The notes under the pieces are model-generated. The model saw only the letters and a program-made list of their open reading frames with translations. It was not told where the DNA came from and did not search any database. A stretch of DNA of 62,293 nt, filler included. It is 3 parts of 3 records of this genome, joined end to end, with 100 filler letters (N's around TTAATTAATTAA, not from the genome) between each part and the next. Parts side by side here need not be neighbours in the genome. Positions count along the whole stretch, not along the records: positions 1 to 18,389 come from DRR378314_1407; 2 more parts are not named here. The stretch is one strand, 5' to 3'. Positions 1 to 9,478 of this stretch are shown here, piece after piece; position 1 is the first letter of the stretch, and each line of letters opens with the position of its first letter. A program made the translations under genes and the position numbers.

Positions 1-57
1 GGTTAGAGCGTCGGATTCATAACCCGGAGGCCGGGGGTTCAAGTCCCCCTCTCGCTA
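1..57 (+). tRNA. tRNA-Met (CAT anticodon), 5'-truncated at the window/contig edge
   Basis: D-arm end GGTTAGAGC, anticodon arm TCGGA-TTCATAA-CCCGG (CAT at 18-20), T-arm GGGGG-TTCAAGT-CCCCC, acceptor 3' strand TCTCGCT plus A; CCA not encoded. Met versus Ile2 identity cannot be fully resolved. Confidence 0.88.
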
Positions 58-65
58 CTAAAAAC

Positions 66-103
66 AAAGTCATTTAACTGGATTTCAGTTGGGTGACTTT
101 TTT
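66..103 (+). terminator. Rho-independent terminator after the tRNA
   Basis: AAAGTCA-TTTAACTG/CAGTTGGG-TGACTTT hairpin followed by a T-run. Confidence 0.65.
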
Positions 104-155
104 GTTTTCTCCCAAGTCTTTTTTTCATAACTTAAGGCTTTAAACCAACCTTCGA

Positions 156-344
156 ATGAATTATTTCAAAAAGTTAGGAACTGCCAATATATTGATGCTG
201 ATTTTATGTGCGTTGATTATTCTTGTGGCAGAGTACCTGTTTCTTAATGGTAACCCCGAACATGGTATATTTATAGGTCTTTGGGCACCCACTCTTTTAG
301 GTGTCATGATTTACTTAAAGCTTGTGGACAATGACAGCAAATGA
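156..344 (+). CDS. small 2-TM membrane protein (62 aa)
   Basis: Two hydrophobic stretches with a GIFIGLWAPT motif; AT-rich leader typical of Bacteroidota. Confidence 0.7.
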   Translation: MNYFKKLGTANILMLILCALIILVAEYLFLNGNPEHGIFIGLWAPTLLGVMIYLKLVDNDSK

Positions 345-441
345 TATCGTTTTATGGTTTTCCATTCTTGTTGTTGTACTGGTTGCTATTTGGGCCATAC
401 TTATGATACGAGCTTACAATAAGGCAAATGACAGCAAATAA
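331..441 (+). CDS. 36-aa single-TM small protein absent from the ORF track (MTANDIVLWFSILVVVLVAIWAILMIRAYNKANDSK)
   Basis: Manual translation: ATG 331, TAA 439-441; one clean TM helix; overlaps the end of the upstream ORF. Confidence 0.6.
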   Translation: MTANDIVLWFSILVVVLVAIWAILMIRAYNKANDSK

Positions 442-516
442 AAGGTGTCGGGACAATCAGTGTTTTTTCATTTAGGGCAATGTGTTTGTTCCGGTTTCCC
501 GTAATTTAGGTTTACT

Positions 517-2436
517 ATGAAGAACACCATCTCCGAACGCATTGCCGACTTTCTAAAAAACTATCCGCCATTTAACGCTATGGAATCGGCTCAACTGGAG
601 CAACTGTCGCTTGAGGTGGTAATTATCCACAAGGATACCAACAACATTGTTTTTTCCCAGAACGAAAGCCCGCACGCCCATTTTTATGTGGTAAACAAAG
701 GAGCTGTTGCCCTTTCCAAAACAGGATCCAGTCAAATTTTGGATATCTGCGACGAAGGTGATGTTTTTGGACTCCGCCCTTTGTTGGCCAACGAGAGCTA
801 TAAATTGGAGGCCAAGGCTTACGAAGAGACCATACTCTATGCCATCCCCATAAAAGATTTTAAACCTTTGGCCCTGGAGAACAAGCGTATCGGTAATTTT
901 TTGATAGAAAGCTTTGCTTCCAATACCGGGAACCCCTACTCTATCAAACACCGCGGCAAGCTGTATGGAGACAGCAGTGATTCCAATCAATATTCCAGTG
1001 ATAAAATATTGGACTTACAGCCCATAAAATATTCCACAAACCTCATCACTTGCAAAAAAGGCACAAAGATCAAGACCATTGCCAACAAAATGACCAAGCA
1101 CAATGTAAGCAGCATATTGGTGGAAAAAGACAATTTACCGGTTGGAATCATTACCGATAAGGATATCAGAAAAAAAGTGGCCACGGGGCTGTTTCCCATC
1201 ACGGCAACAGCCAAAACCATTATGTCCTCCCCCATTATCACCTACCCAAAAGGGCTTACGTTGGCACAAGCACAAATGGCCATGATGAAGAGCAACATCA
1301 GTCACCTTGTTCTTACCGAGGATGGTACTACGGATACCAAATCAGTAGGTATTCTGTCCAAACACGATATAATGTTAGCGGTCGGCAACAATCCAGCCGT
1401 ATTGCTCCGAGCTATCAAAAGAGCGACCAGCGCCAAAAGATTACGAGGCATTCGACATGGTATCATGAACTTGTTGCAGGGGTATTTGGATCAAAACATC
1501 CCTTTGGGATTGGTTTCCAAGATAATTTCAGAACTCAATGATGCATCGACCAAACAAGTCATACAAATTGCATTGTCCAAAATGGAGGAAGAACCCCCCG
1601 TAAAATTTACTTGGCTCAGTATGGGAAGCCAAGGTCGTGGGGAACAATTGTTGAATACAGATCAAGACAATGCCATTATTTTTGAAGACGTTCCCAAAGA
1701 ACAATTGGAAACAACTCGAACTTATTTTTTAAAACTGGGAGAACGCATTGCCAAAATGCTCAACACCATAGGTTTTGAGTATTGCCCGGCAGATATGATG
1801 GCCTCGAACCCTTCTTGGTGCCATAGTTTAAGTGAGTGGAAAGACGTCACCGCACAATGGATCCACAATCCGGGGACCGATGAAATATTGTTGTCTTCCA
1901 TTTTCTTTGATTACAATGTGACCTACGGTGACAAATCACTTGCCGATGAGCTTTCCCTCAGTATTTTTGATCATGTGAACCACTATCCTCAATTCTTTAC
2001 CCATTTGGCCAGTGGAGCATTGCAAAACCCCTCGCCATCAGGCTTTTTTAGAGACTTTTTGGTAGAACAAGATGGAGAGCATAAGGATTTCTTCGATTTA
2101 AAATTGCGTGCCCTTATGCCCATAATCGATGCTGCGAGAGTGCTTATTTTGTCCCATTCCATCAAGTCCATCAACAACACTGCGGAGCGTTATGAAAAAT
2201 TGGCCGAACTGGAACCCAACAATAAAGAACTATACCTGGCTTGTTCCTATGCCAGTAAGGCGTTGTTGAAGTTCAGGACAAGACAAGGTTTACTGCACAA
2301 CGATTCCGGGAGATATATAAAACTCGACAAATTGAACAAGGAAGAGAAAATCAAACTAAAGCGAACCTTTAAAACGGTCAAGGAAATTCAATCTTTGATC
2401 GAGATAAGGTTCCAAGTAAAAAATATGTTGCGCTGA
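517..2436 (+). CDS. cNMP-binding + tandem CBS + DUF294 nucleotidyltransferase-domain protein
   Basis: N-terminal cNMP-binding fold (FYVVNKGAV...GDVFG), CBS pair (VGIITDKDI, VGILSKHDI), Pol-beta NTase motif GSQGRGEQ...TDQDNA, C-terminal DUF294_C (FDLKLRALMP). Confidence 0.9.
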   Translation: MKNTISERIADFLKNYPPFNAMESAQLEQLSLEVVIIHKDTNNIVFSQNESPHAHFYVVNKGAVALSKTGSSQILDICDEGDVFGLRPLLANESYKLEAKAYEETILYAIPIKDFKPLALENKRIGNFLIESFASNTGNPYSIKHRGKLYGDSSDSNQYSSDKILDLQPIKYSTNLITCKKGTKIKTIANKMTKHNVSSILVEKDNLPVGIITDKDIRKKVATGLFPITATAKTIMSSPIITYPKGLTLAQAQMAMMKSNISHLVLTEDGTTDTKSVGILSKHDIMLAVGNNPAVLLRAIKRATSAKRLRGIRHGIMNLLQGYLDQNIPLGLVSKIISELNDASTKQVIQIALSKMEEEPPVKFTWLSMGSQGRGEQLLNTDQDNAIIFEDVPKEQLETTRTYFLKLGERIAKMLNTIGFEYCPADMMASNPSWCHSLSEWKDVTAQWIHNPGTDEILLSSIFFDYNVTYGDKSLADELSLSIFDHVNHYPQFFTHLASGALQNPSPSGFFRDFLVEQDGEHKDFFDLKLRALMPIIDAARVLILSHSIKSINNTAERYEKLAELEPNNKELYLACSYASKALLKFRTRQGLLHNDSGRYIKLDKLNKEEKIKLKRTFKTVKEIQSLIEIRFQVKNMLR

Positions 2437-3089
2437 TGTGGCCCTTTGCCAAGAAAAAACCTTTGGAACTTCCCGATTTTTGGTGGGAGTACGAGGAGCA
2501 TTTCAAAGAAAAGCTTCCAGAAGACATCCACGCGAATACATTTGTGGTGCTGGACAGCGAAACAACAGGTTTCAGTTTGACCAAGGACCGAATGTTGTGC
2601 ATCGGTGCCTTAAAATTATCGGATAACAATATTGTGGTGAAGGATAGTTTTGAAGTGTACATTCAGCAAGAACACTATAATTCTGATAGTGCTGAAATCC
2701 ATGGTATCCTGAAGAAAAGCAAAAAGGACTGCTTAACCGAGTTGGAAGCCTTGAAACAATTTTTGGTATATGCCCAAAATCATATTTTGGTAGGACACCA
2801 TATAATGTTCGATATCAATATGATCAACGCTGCCTTAAAAAGAAATGGATTGCCCAAATTAAAAAACAAGACCTTGGATACCGAGTCACTTTATGTCAGA
2901 ACCTTATTAATATCAACCGTGGTCCAAAAAAAAGAACGCTATTCTTTGGATGATTTGGCAAAAAGGTTCAGTATTTCCTGTAAGGACAGACACACAGCTT
3001 TGGGTGATGCCTTTATCACCGCTATTGCCTTTTTAAGAATCATTGAAAAGTTAAAGCCCAAAAAAATAAAGGACCTCCTTAAGAAATAA
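2436..3089 (+). CDS. DEDDh 3'-5' exonuclease (DnaQ/PolC-like)
   Basis: ExoI VLDSETTG, ExoII GHHIMFD, ExoIII RHTALGDA; TGATG overlap with the upstream gene. Confidence 0.9.
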   Translation: MWPFAKKKPLELPDFWWEYEEHFKEKLPEDIHANTFVVLDSETTGFSLTKDRMLCIGALKLSDNNIVVKDSFEVYIQQEHYNSDSAEIHGILKKSKKDCLTELEALKQFLVYAQNHILVGHHIMFDINMINAALKRNGLPKLKNKTLDTESLYVRTLLISTVVQKKERYSLDDLAKRFSISCKDRHTALGDAFITAIAFLRIIEKLKPKKIKDLLKK

Positions 3090-3142
3090 GAAAGTCCTTC
3101 AAAAGTTTTAAAACAAATGAGTTGTACATTTTGACTGAAATT

Positions 3143-3263
3143 TGTCAGTTCGAGTGGTTTTTCAAAAGAAAAATTGTACCTGCCGGCAGGCAGGGCGAGA
3201 ACACGAATTTCAAGACCAAAACCGATTCTCGATAAAAAATTCCTAAGGAATTTCGAATTGACA
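3143..3263. repeat. inverted pair of REP-like elements with an internal CCTGCCGGCAGG palindrome
   Basis: Left copy TGTCAGTTCGAG...CGAGAAC (3143-3202); right copy reads TGTCAATTCGA...TATCGAGAA on the minus strand (3226-3263); perfect palindrome at 3179-3190; AAATTCCT-A-AGGAATTT hairpin at 3237-3253. Confidence 0.65.
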
Positions 3264-3312
3264 GTTTTGGCGTAAAAACTTTCAAAATGCAAAACGGGTA
3301 AAACTGAATTAA

Positions 3313-5220
3313 TTATAAGCTTTCCTTTATAATGTTCTCCACCACTTCTGGATTCAACAAAGTTGAAGTATCACCCAAATTGCTCGTGTCTTTGGAAGCA
3401 ATCTTTCTTAGGATTCTCCTCATGATCTTACCACTCCGTGTTTTGGGCAAACCTTCCGTAAACTGAATCTTATCCAGTTTGGCTATCGGGCCAATATGTT
3501 CGGTGATCAATTGATTGATTTCCTTCTTAAGATTGTCACGGTTACGTGTTTCACCTGTTTCCTTCAGAATAATGTATCCGTACAATGCATTTCCTTTGAT
3601 GTCGTGCGGGAACCCGACTATGGCAGATTCCGCTACCGCTGGGTGCTCGTTGATGGCATCTTCAATTGGTGCCGTTCCCAAATTATGCCCTGAAACAATG
3701 ATGACATCGTCCACCCTACCGGTGATTCGATAGTAGCCCACCTCATCCCTAAGGGCGCCATCTCCAGTGAAATATTTCCCCTCAAAAGCAGAGAAATAGG
3801 TATCCTTGTATCGTTGGTGATTGCCCCAAATCGTTCTGGCAATGGATGGCCATGGGAATTTAATGCACAATCTACCATCCACCTGATTTCCTTTGATTTC
3901 CTCACCATTCTCATCCATAAGCGCAGGTTGAATCCCCGGCATGGGCAAGGTGGCATAAGTCGGTTTTGTTGGTGTCGAAAATGGGATGGGCGAGATAAGG
4001 ATTCCCCCTGTTTCCGTTTGCCACCAGGTATCCACAATCGGACATTTTTTTTCACCTACGTGATCGTTGTACCAGTGCCAAGCTTCCTCGTTAATGGGTT
4101 CTCCTACGGTTCCCAAAACTTTTAAACTGGAAAGGTCGTGATTGGTCACAAAATCCAAACTTTCTTTGGCCAAGGCCCTAATAGCGGTAGGTGCGGTGTA
4201 AAACTGATTTACTTTATGCTTTTGTACCACATCCCAGAACCTTCCAAAATCAGGGTAAGATGGTACACCTTCGAACATCACCGTAGTGGCCCCGTTGGCC
4301 AATGGTCCGTACACAATGTAGGAGTGGCCTGTAATCCATCCTATATCGGCAGTACACCAATACACGTCTTCTTCGCGATATTGGAATACATTTTTAAAGG
4401 TATAAGCGGTGTAGACCATATATCCACCGGTTGTATGCACCATTCCTTTGGGACGACCCGTGGAACCAGAGGTGTAAAGGATAAACAAAGGGTCTTCCGC
4501 ATCCATAATTTCGGGAACACAGTCCAAATAAGCCTTATCCAATAGAGGCTGTACCCAAACATCGCGACCCTCCTTCATCGTAACATCACCGCCAGTACGC
4601 TTGGTGACCAAAACGGTTTCCACACCCGGGCAGCTTTCCAGAGCTTCATCTACAATTGCTTTTAAATCGATGACTTTCTTGCCCCTAAAAGAACCATCAG
4701 AAGTAAGTACCATTTTGGCACCACAATCATTGATTCTGGTTGACAATGCGGTGGATGAGAATCCCGCAAAAACAACGGAGTGAATAGCTCCTATTCGTGC
4801 ACAGGCCAATAATGCTATGGCCAAATCGGGAATCATCGGTAAATAAATAACTACCCTATCCCCTTTTTTAACTCCTTTATCCTTTAATACATTGGCATAT
4901 TTACAAACACGTTCATGCAATTGATGATACGTGATATGCTCCGCTTCTTCATTCGGGTCGTTGGGTTCAAAAAGAATCGCGGTTTTATCCCCACGAATGC
5001 GAAGATGGCGGTCGATACAGTTTTCGGTAATGTTCAGTTTGGCTCCTTTGAACCAGCTTATTTCCGGTTTGCCGAAATCCCATTCCAAAACGGAATCCCA
5101 TTTTTTACGCCAGTGAAAGTGTTCTTCTGCTACTTCTTCCCAAAATCCTTCGGGGTTTCTTACGGATTTTCGATACACTTGAAAATACTCCTCTAAGTGT
5201 TTTATGTGGTAGTTACTCAT
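3313..5220 (-). CDS. acs: acetyl-CoA synthetase (AMP-forming)
   Basis: YTSGSTGRPKG AMP-binding motif, DTWWQTETGG, PKTRSGKIMRR (acetylation-site lysine). Confidence 0.97.
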   Translation of the reverse strand: MSNYHIKHLEEYFQVYRKSVRNPEGFWEEVAEEHFHWRKKWDSVLEWDFGKPEISWFKGAKLNITENCIDRHLRIRGDKTAILFEPNDPNEEAEHITYHQLHERVCKYANVLKDKGVKKGDRVVIYLPMIPDLAIALLACARIGAIHSVVFAGFSSTALSTRINDCGAKMVLTSDGSFRGKKVIDLKAIVDEALESCPGVETVLVTKRTGGDVTMKEGRDVWVQPLLDKAYLDCVPEIMDAEDPLFILYTSGSTGRPKGMVHTTGGYMVYTAYTFKNVFQYREEDVYWCTADIGWITGHSYIVYGPLANGATTVMFEGVPSYPDFGRFWDVVQKHKVNQFYTAPTAIRALAKESLDFVTNHDLSSLKVLGTVGEPINEEAWHWYNDHVGEKKCPIVDTWWQTETGGILISPIPFSTPTKPTYATLPMPGIQPALMDENGEEIKGNQVDGRLCIKFPWPSIARTIWGNHQRYKDTYFSAFEGKYFTGDGALRDEVGYYRITGRVDDVIIVSGHNLGTAPIEDAINEHPAVAESAIVGFPHDIKGNALYGYIILKETGETRNRDNLKKEINQLITEHIGPIAKLDKIQFTEGLPKTRSGKIMRRILRKIASKDTSNLGDTSTLLNPEVVENIIKESL

Positions 5221-5283
5221 TATGTGTAATTAAATTTTATGCTGCCTAAAAATAAGGAAAAACAAGGCGATTTCACAGTCATT

Positions 5284-6999
5284 TTAATGCGTAGATGCTT
5301 TGCCTGCTTGATTGGGCACACGGATATTTTCTACAATCTCTTGCACATCTTCGGGGGGTTCGGCGGTAAATTGGTTCACTACAATGGCAACGAGAAAGTT
5401 GACAAGCATCGCTATGCTTCCAAAGCCTTCTGGCGAAACGCCAAACCACCAATCATCGTTTAAAGCATCAACGGCCTCTTTACCTCCATCAAAAATTCCA
5501 AACTTGAATTTCAACATATAGAAAAGCATCAGGCAAAGACCTACAATCATTCCCGATATAGCTCCTTTGCTGTTCATTTTCTTATAGAAAATTCCTAATA
5601 TGATTGCAGGAAAGAATGATGCCGCGGCCAGACCAAAGGCCAAAGCAACTACAGCGGCCACAAAACCTGGTGGATTAATACCGAAGTACCCGGCAACAAC
5701 AACGGCAAGAGCAGCAGAAATTCGGGCGGCCCAGAGTTCTTGTTTTTCTGAAAGGTCTGGTTTTAATACGTTTTTAATCAAATCGTGAGAAACCGAAGAG
5801 GAAATTACCAATAGCAATCCTGCAGCGGTGGATAAGGCTGCGGCCAAACCACCAGCGGCAATCAAACCGATTACCCAAGCGGGCAAATCCGCAATCTCCG
5901 GGTTGGCCAAGACCATAATATCCCGGTCAACGGTCAACTCGTTTACTTCGGGCGAAGCCACATATTGAATTTTACCGTCACCGTTTTTATCCTCGTGGGC
6001 AATGAGTCCCGTTGTTTCCCAACGGCTAAACCATTCAGGCATCTCGTCATATTCTTTGCCACTGACCGTTTCAATGAGGTTGGTTCTGGCAAAAACGGCT
6101 ACGGCAGGTGCCGTGGTATACAGAATCGCAATGAACAACAAGGCCAAACCTGCCGATTTTCTGGCATCACGCACTCGTTTTACCGTAAAAAAGCGAACGA
6201 TTACGTGCGGTAATCCAGCGGTACCGACCATCAAGGCGAGGGTAATGGCAAAGACATCAATCGTACTTTTTGAACCATCCGTATAGGCTGCAAAGCCAAG
6301 TTCCGTGGAAAGACCATCCAATTTATCCAAAAGATAGGTTCCAGAACCATCGGAAAGGGTATCCCCAAATCCAAGTTGTGGAATCGGGTTGCCCGTCATC
6401 TGAATGGAAATAAATATGGCGGGCACCATAAAGGCGAATATCAACACACAATATTGGGCAACTTGTGTATAGGTGATTCCCTTCATACCTCCCAATACGG
6501 CATAGAACAAAACAATCACCATACCGATGACAACTCCTGTGTTGATATCTACTTCCAAATATCGTGAAAAGACGATGCCTACACCCCGCATTTGCCCTGC
6601 AACATAGGTGAACGAAACAATTAAGGCGCAGATTACGGCTACAACACGCGCTGTTTTGGAATAATAGCGCTCTCCGATAAAATCGGGCACGGTAAATTTT
6701 CCGAACTTTCTTAGGTAGGGTGCCAATAGCAGCGCCAAAAGCACATAGCCTCCTGTCCATCCCATTAAATATACGGCACCATCATACCCGGCAAAGGATA
6801 TGATTCCCGCCATGGAGATAAAAGAAGCCGCCGACATCCAGTCTGCTGCCGTAGCCATTCCATTGGCCAATGGGGAAACTCCTCCACCAGCTACATAAAA
6901 TTCTTTTGTGGAACCGGCTCTCGACCAGATGGCAATTCCTATATAGAGACCAAAGGACAATGCGACCAGCACATAGGTCCAAATTTGTACATCACTCAT
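5284..6999 (-). CDS. sodium:solute symporter, ActP-like acetate permease
   Basis: NGMATAADWMSAASF, GTAGLPHV and many TM helices; lies between DUF4212 and acs. Confidence 0.92.
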   Translation of the reverse strand: MSDVQIWTYVLVALSFGLYIGIAIWSRAGSTKEFYVAGGGVSPLANGMATAADWMSAASFISMAGIISFAGYDGAVYLMGWTGGYVLLALLLAPYLRKFGKFTVPDFIGERYYSKTARVVAVICALIVSFTYVAGQMRGVGIVFSRYLEVDINTGVVIGMVIVLFYAVLGGMKGITYTQVAQYCVLIFAFMVPAIFISIQMTGNPIPQLGFGDTLSDGSGTYLLDKLDGLSTELGFAAYTDGSKSTIDVFAITLALMVGTAGLPHVIVRFFTVKRVRDARKSAGLALLFIAILYTTAPAVAVFARTNLIETVSGKEYDEMPEWFSRWETTGLIAHEDKNGDGKIQYVASPEVNELTVDRDIMVLANPEIADLPAWVIGLIAAGGLAAALSTAAGLLLVISSSVSHDLIKNVLKPDLSEKQELWAARISAALAVVVAGYFGINPPGFVAAVVALAFGLAAASFFPAIILGIFYKKMNSKGAISGMIVGLCLMLFYMLKFKFGIFDGGKEAVDALNDDWWFGVSPEGFGSIAMLVNFLVAIVVNQFTAEPPEDVQEIVENIRVPNQAGKASTH

Positions 7000-7029
7000 T
7001 AGTTGTGGTTTTATTCAGTTGGGATTGAT

Positions 7030-7293
7030 TTATTCCTCGTTGTAGCCGTATTTCTTGTCCAATTTGTTCATGAGGCGTACGTATACAAAAATGAGTATGA
7101 CAAAAACGTAGATGGAGCCTTGTTGTGCGAACCAAAACCCTAGTTTAAATCCGCCTATTCGAATGTTGTTCAATGCATCTTTAAAAAGGATTCCAGCTCC
7201 ATAGGATACCAAGAACCATATTGCCAATAGAATGATCAAGTATTTGATGTTCTCCCTCCAATAGGCGGTTGCTTTTTTTTGTTTTTCGGACAT
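7030..7293 (-). CDS. DUF4212 small membrane partner of the symporter
   Basis: YW...GFKLGFWFAQQGSI motif; directly upstream of the SSS gene. Confidence 0.9.
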   Translation of the reverse strand: MSEKQKKATAYWRENIKYLIILLAIWFLVSYGAGILFKDALNNIRIGGFKLGFWFAQQGSIYVFVILIFVYVRLMNKLDKKYGYNEE

Positions 7294-7377
7294 ATCTTAT
7301 TGGTTGGTTTAGTTATTTGAAATTGCGCGGCATTAATATATCAAAATTGATTAAACAAATATGAACAAACAAGCAAT

Positions 7378-7406
7378 AAAAAAAGGGAATTCACAGAATC
7401 CCCTTT
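7378..7406 (-). terminator. terminator after purC
   Basis: Minus strand AAAGGGGATTC-TGT-GAATTCCCTTTTTTT. Confidence 0.7.
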
Positions 7407-7438
7407 CATTTATTGGTTAGATAACAAGTCTCTGGTGG

Positions 7439-8392
7439 TTATTTTGACATATATGCTTTTACATTGGTCAAGATGCGTTCCTGAAGGTTAGAAACATCAG
7501 CTTTCACAAAGGTATCTCCTGTAATATTCTCGTAGAGTTCGATATAGCGGTTGGATACCGATTCGATGTACTCATCCGACATTTCGGGAACGGACTGTCC
7601 TTCCAAGCCTTGAAAACCATTGGAAATGAGCCATTGTCTCACAAACTCCTTGGACAATTGTTTTTGAGACTCTCCTTTTTCTTGACGCTCTTCATACCCA
7701 TCAGCATAAAAATAGCGTGATGAATCTGGAGTGTGAATCTCATCGATCAATACAATTTCCCCATCTTTCGTTTTCCCGAATTCATATTTGGTATCCACCA
7801 GAATCAATCCTCTTTTGGCCGCTATTTCTGTTCCTCTTTGGAAAAGGGCACGGGTATATTTTTCCAACACTTCGTAGTCATCTTTGGAAACTATGCCCCG
7901 CTTTAAAATATCTTCTTTGGAAATATCTTCGTCATGATCTCCTTTTTCCGCTTTGGTAGCAGGTGTGATGATAGGTTCTGGAAACTTATCATTCTCCTTC
8001 ATTCCCTCGGGCATCGGAACACCACAGATGAATCTTTTCCCTGCCTTGTATTCACGGGCAGCATGACCTGACATATAGCCTCTAATTACCATTTCCACTT
8101 TAAAGGGTTCGCAAGCTTTCCCGACGGCCACGTTGGGGTCTGGGGTTGCCATCAACCAGTTGGGAACTACGTCTGCGGTTGCCTCCATCATTTTGGTGGC
8201 AATTTGGTTCAATATTTGGCCTTTATATGGAATTCCTTTGGGCATTACCACATCAAAGGCTGACAAACGGTCCGTGGCCACCATTACCAAAATATCGTTG
8301 TCCAAGGTATAAACCTCTCTTACCTTTCCTTTATAAACAGATTTTTGCCCAGGAAAGTTAAAATCCGTGGACATCAGCGTATTCATTCCCAT
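7439..8392 (-). CDS. purC: SAICAR synthetase
   Basis: [36 protein letters not shown]. Confidence 0.96.
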   Translation of the reverse strand: MGMNTLMSTDFNFPGQKSVYKGKVREVYTLDNDILVMVATDRLSAFDVVMPKGIPYKGQILNQIATKMMEATADVVPNWLMATPDPNVAVGKACEPFKVEMVIRGYMSGHAAREYKAGKRFICGVPMPEGMKENDKFPEPIITPATKAEKGDHDEDISKEDILKRGIVSKDDYEVLEKYTRALFQRGTEIAAKRGLILVDTKYEFGKTKDGEIVLIDEIHTPDSSRYFYADGYEERQEKGESQKQLSKEFVRQWLISNGFQGLEGQSVPEMSDEYIESVSNRYIELYENITGDTFVKADVSNLQERILTNVKAYMSK

Positions 8393-8399
8393 AATTGTG

Positions 8400-9359
8400 T
8401 TAGAATTGATTTTGGTGCTCTATGTTCTGATAAGCATCAATCACTTTTTTCACCAATTTGTGTCGGATTACATCTTTATCATCCAAATAAATAATACTGA
8501 TGCCATCCACATTCTTCAAAATAAGCAAAGCTTCCTTTAGCCCCGATATCACCCTACGTGGTAAATCAATCTGGCCGGGGTCTCCCGTCAACAAAAACTT
8601 GGCGTTCTTGCCCATACGGGTCAAAAACATTTTCATTTGGGCGTGGGTGGTGTTCTGGGCCTCGTCCAAAATAACGAAGGCATTGTCCAAAGTACGACCT
8701 CGCATAAAGGCCATCGGAGCAATTTGAATGGTACCGTCCTCAATGTATTTTTCCAATTTTTCCGAAGGAATCATATCCCGAAGGGCATCGTACAAAGGTT
8801 GCATATACGGATCTAGCTTTTCCTTAAGGTCACCCGGTAAAAATCCGAGGTTCTCCCCTGCTTCCACTGCGGGACGGGTCAAAATAATCCGCCGTACTTG
8901 TTTTTCTTTCAGTGCCTTTACGGCCAAAGCGACTCCCGTATAGGTTTTTCCTGTTCCTGCTGGGCCAATGGCAAAGACCATATCGTTCTCTTTGGTGGCA
9001 TCCACCATACGTCTTTGGTTGGCAGTCTGAGCCTTGATCAACCTGCCGCTCACGCCGTGTACCAAAACATCCCCACTGCTGGAGGAAGAAGTGTAATCCG
9101 CTTTACTTGTACTGGTGAGTATCCGCTCGATCATATTTTCATCGAGCTTATTGTATTTGGCAAATTGATTGGTCAGCTCATCAAAGCGCTTATCGAACTC
9201 TTCCAAAAGTTCTTCGTCTCCAAATACTTTTATCTTGTTTCCCCTTGCCACAATCTTAAGCTTTGGAAAGTATTTTTTCAGTAGCTCAATGTTGGCATTT
9301 TGTTGTCCAAAAAATTCCTGGGGACTGATTTCCGTAAGTTCTATTACAAGTTCGTTCAA
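8400..9359 (-). CDS. PhoH family ATPase (YbeZ-like)
   Basis: [26 protein letters not shown]; probable TTG start at 9359 (LNELVIEL). Confidence 0.93.
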   Translation of the reverse strand: MNELVIELTEISPQEFFGQQNANIELLKKYFPKLKIVARGNKIKVFGDEELLEEFDKRFDELTNQFAKYNKLDENMIERILTSTSKADYTSSSSSGDVLVHGVSGRLIKAQTANQRRMVDATKENDMVFAIGPAGTGKTYTGVALAVKALKEKQVRRIILTRPAVEAGENLGFLPGDLKEKLDPYMQPLYDALRDMIPSEKLEKYIEDGTIQIAPMAFMRGRTLDNAFVILDEAQNTTHAQMKMFLTRMGKNAKFLLTGDPGQIDLPRRVISGLKEALLILKNVDGISIIYLDDKDVIRHKLVKKVIDAYQNIEHQNQF

Positions 9360-9478
9360 AAAATGTGAGGTGTTACAGTTGTTTTTGAAGAATTTTATTC
9401 TTTCTTTTTTGACTAATTTTACAAACAAACTTAACTAAAAATCGATTTGAACACGGAAAAACATATCAACAGTATTGC

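Noticed and set aside
1-57. tRNA as the attachment site of an integrated element
   Set aside because: No integrase or duplicated tRNA 3' end was seen, and a normal terminator follows.
517-2436. CBASS-type cyclase or toxin-antitoxin NTase
   Set aside because: The architecture is cNMP-CBS-DUF294 with no effector or cap genes, and the context is metabolic.
2436-3089. Calling the exonuclease dnaQ (Pol III epsilon)
   Set aside because: It has no C-terminal alpha-binding extension and is coupled to DUF294; it fits the DUF294-associated DEDDh group better.
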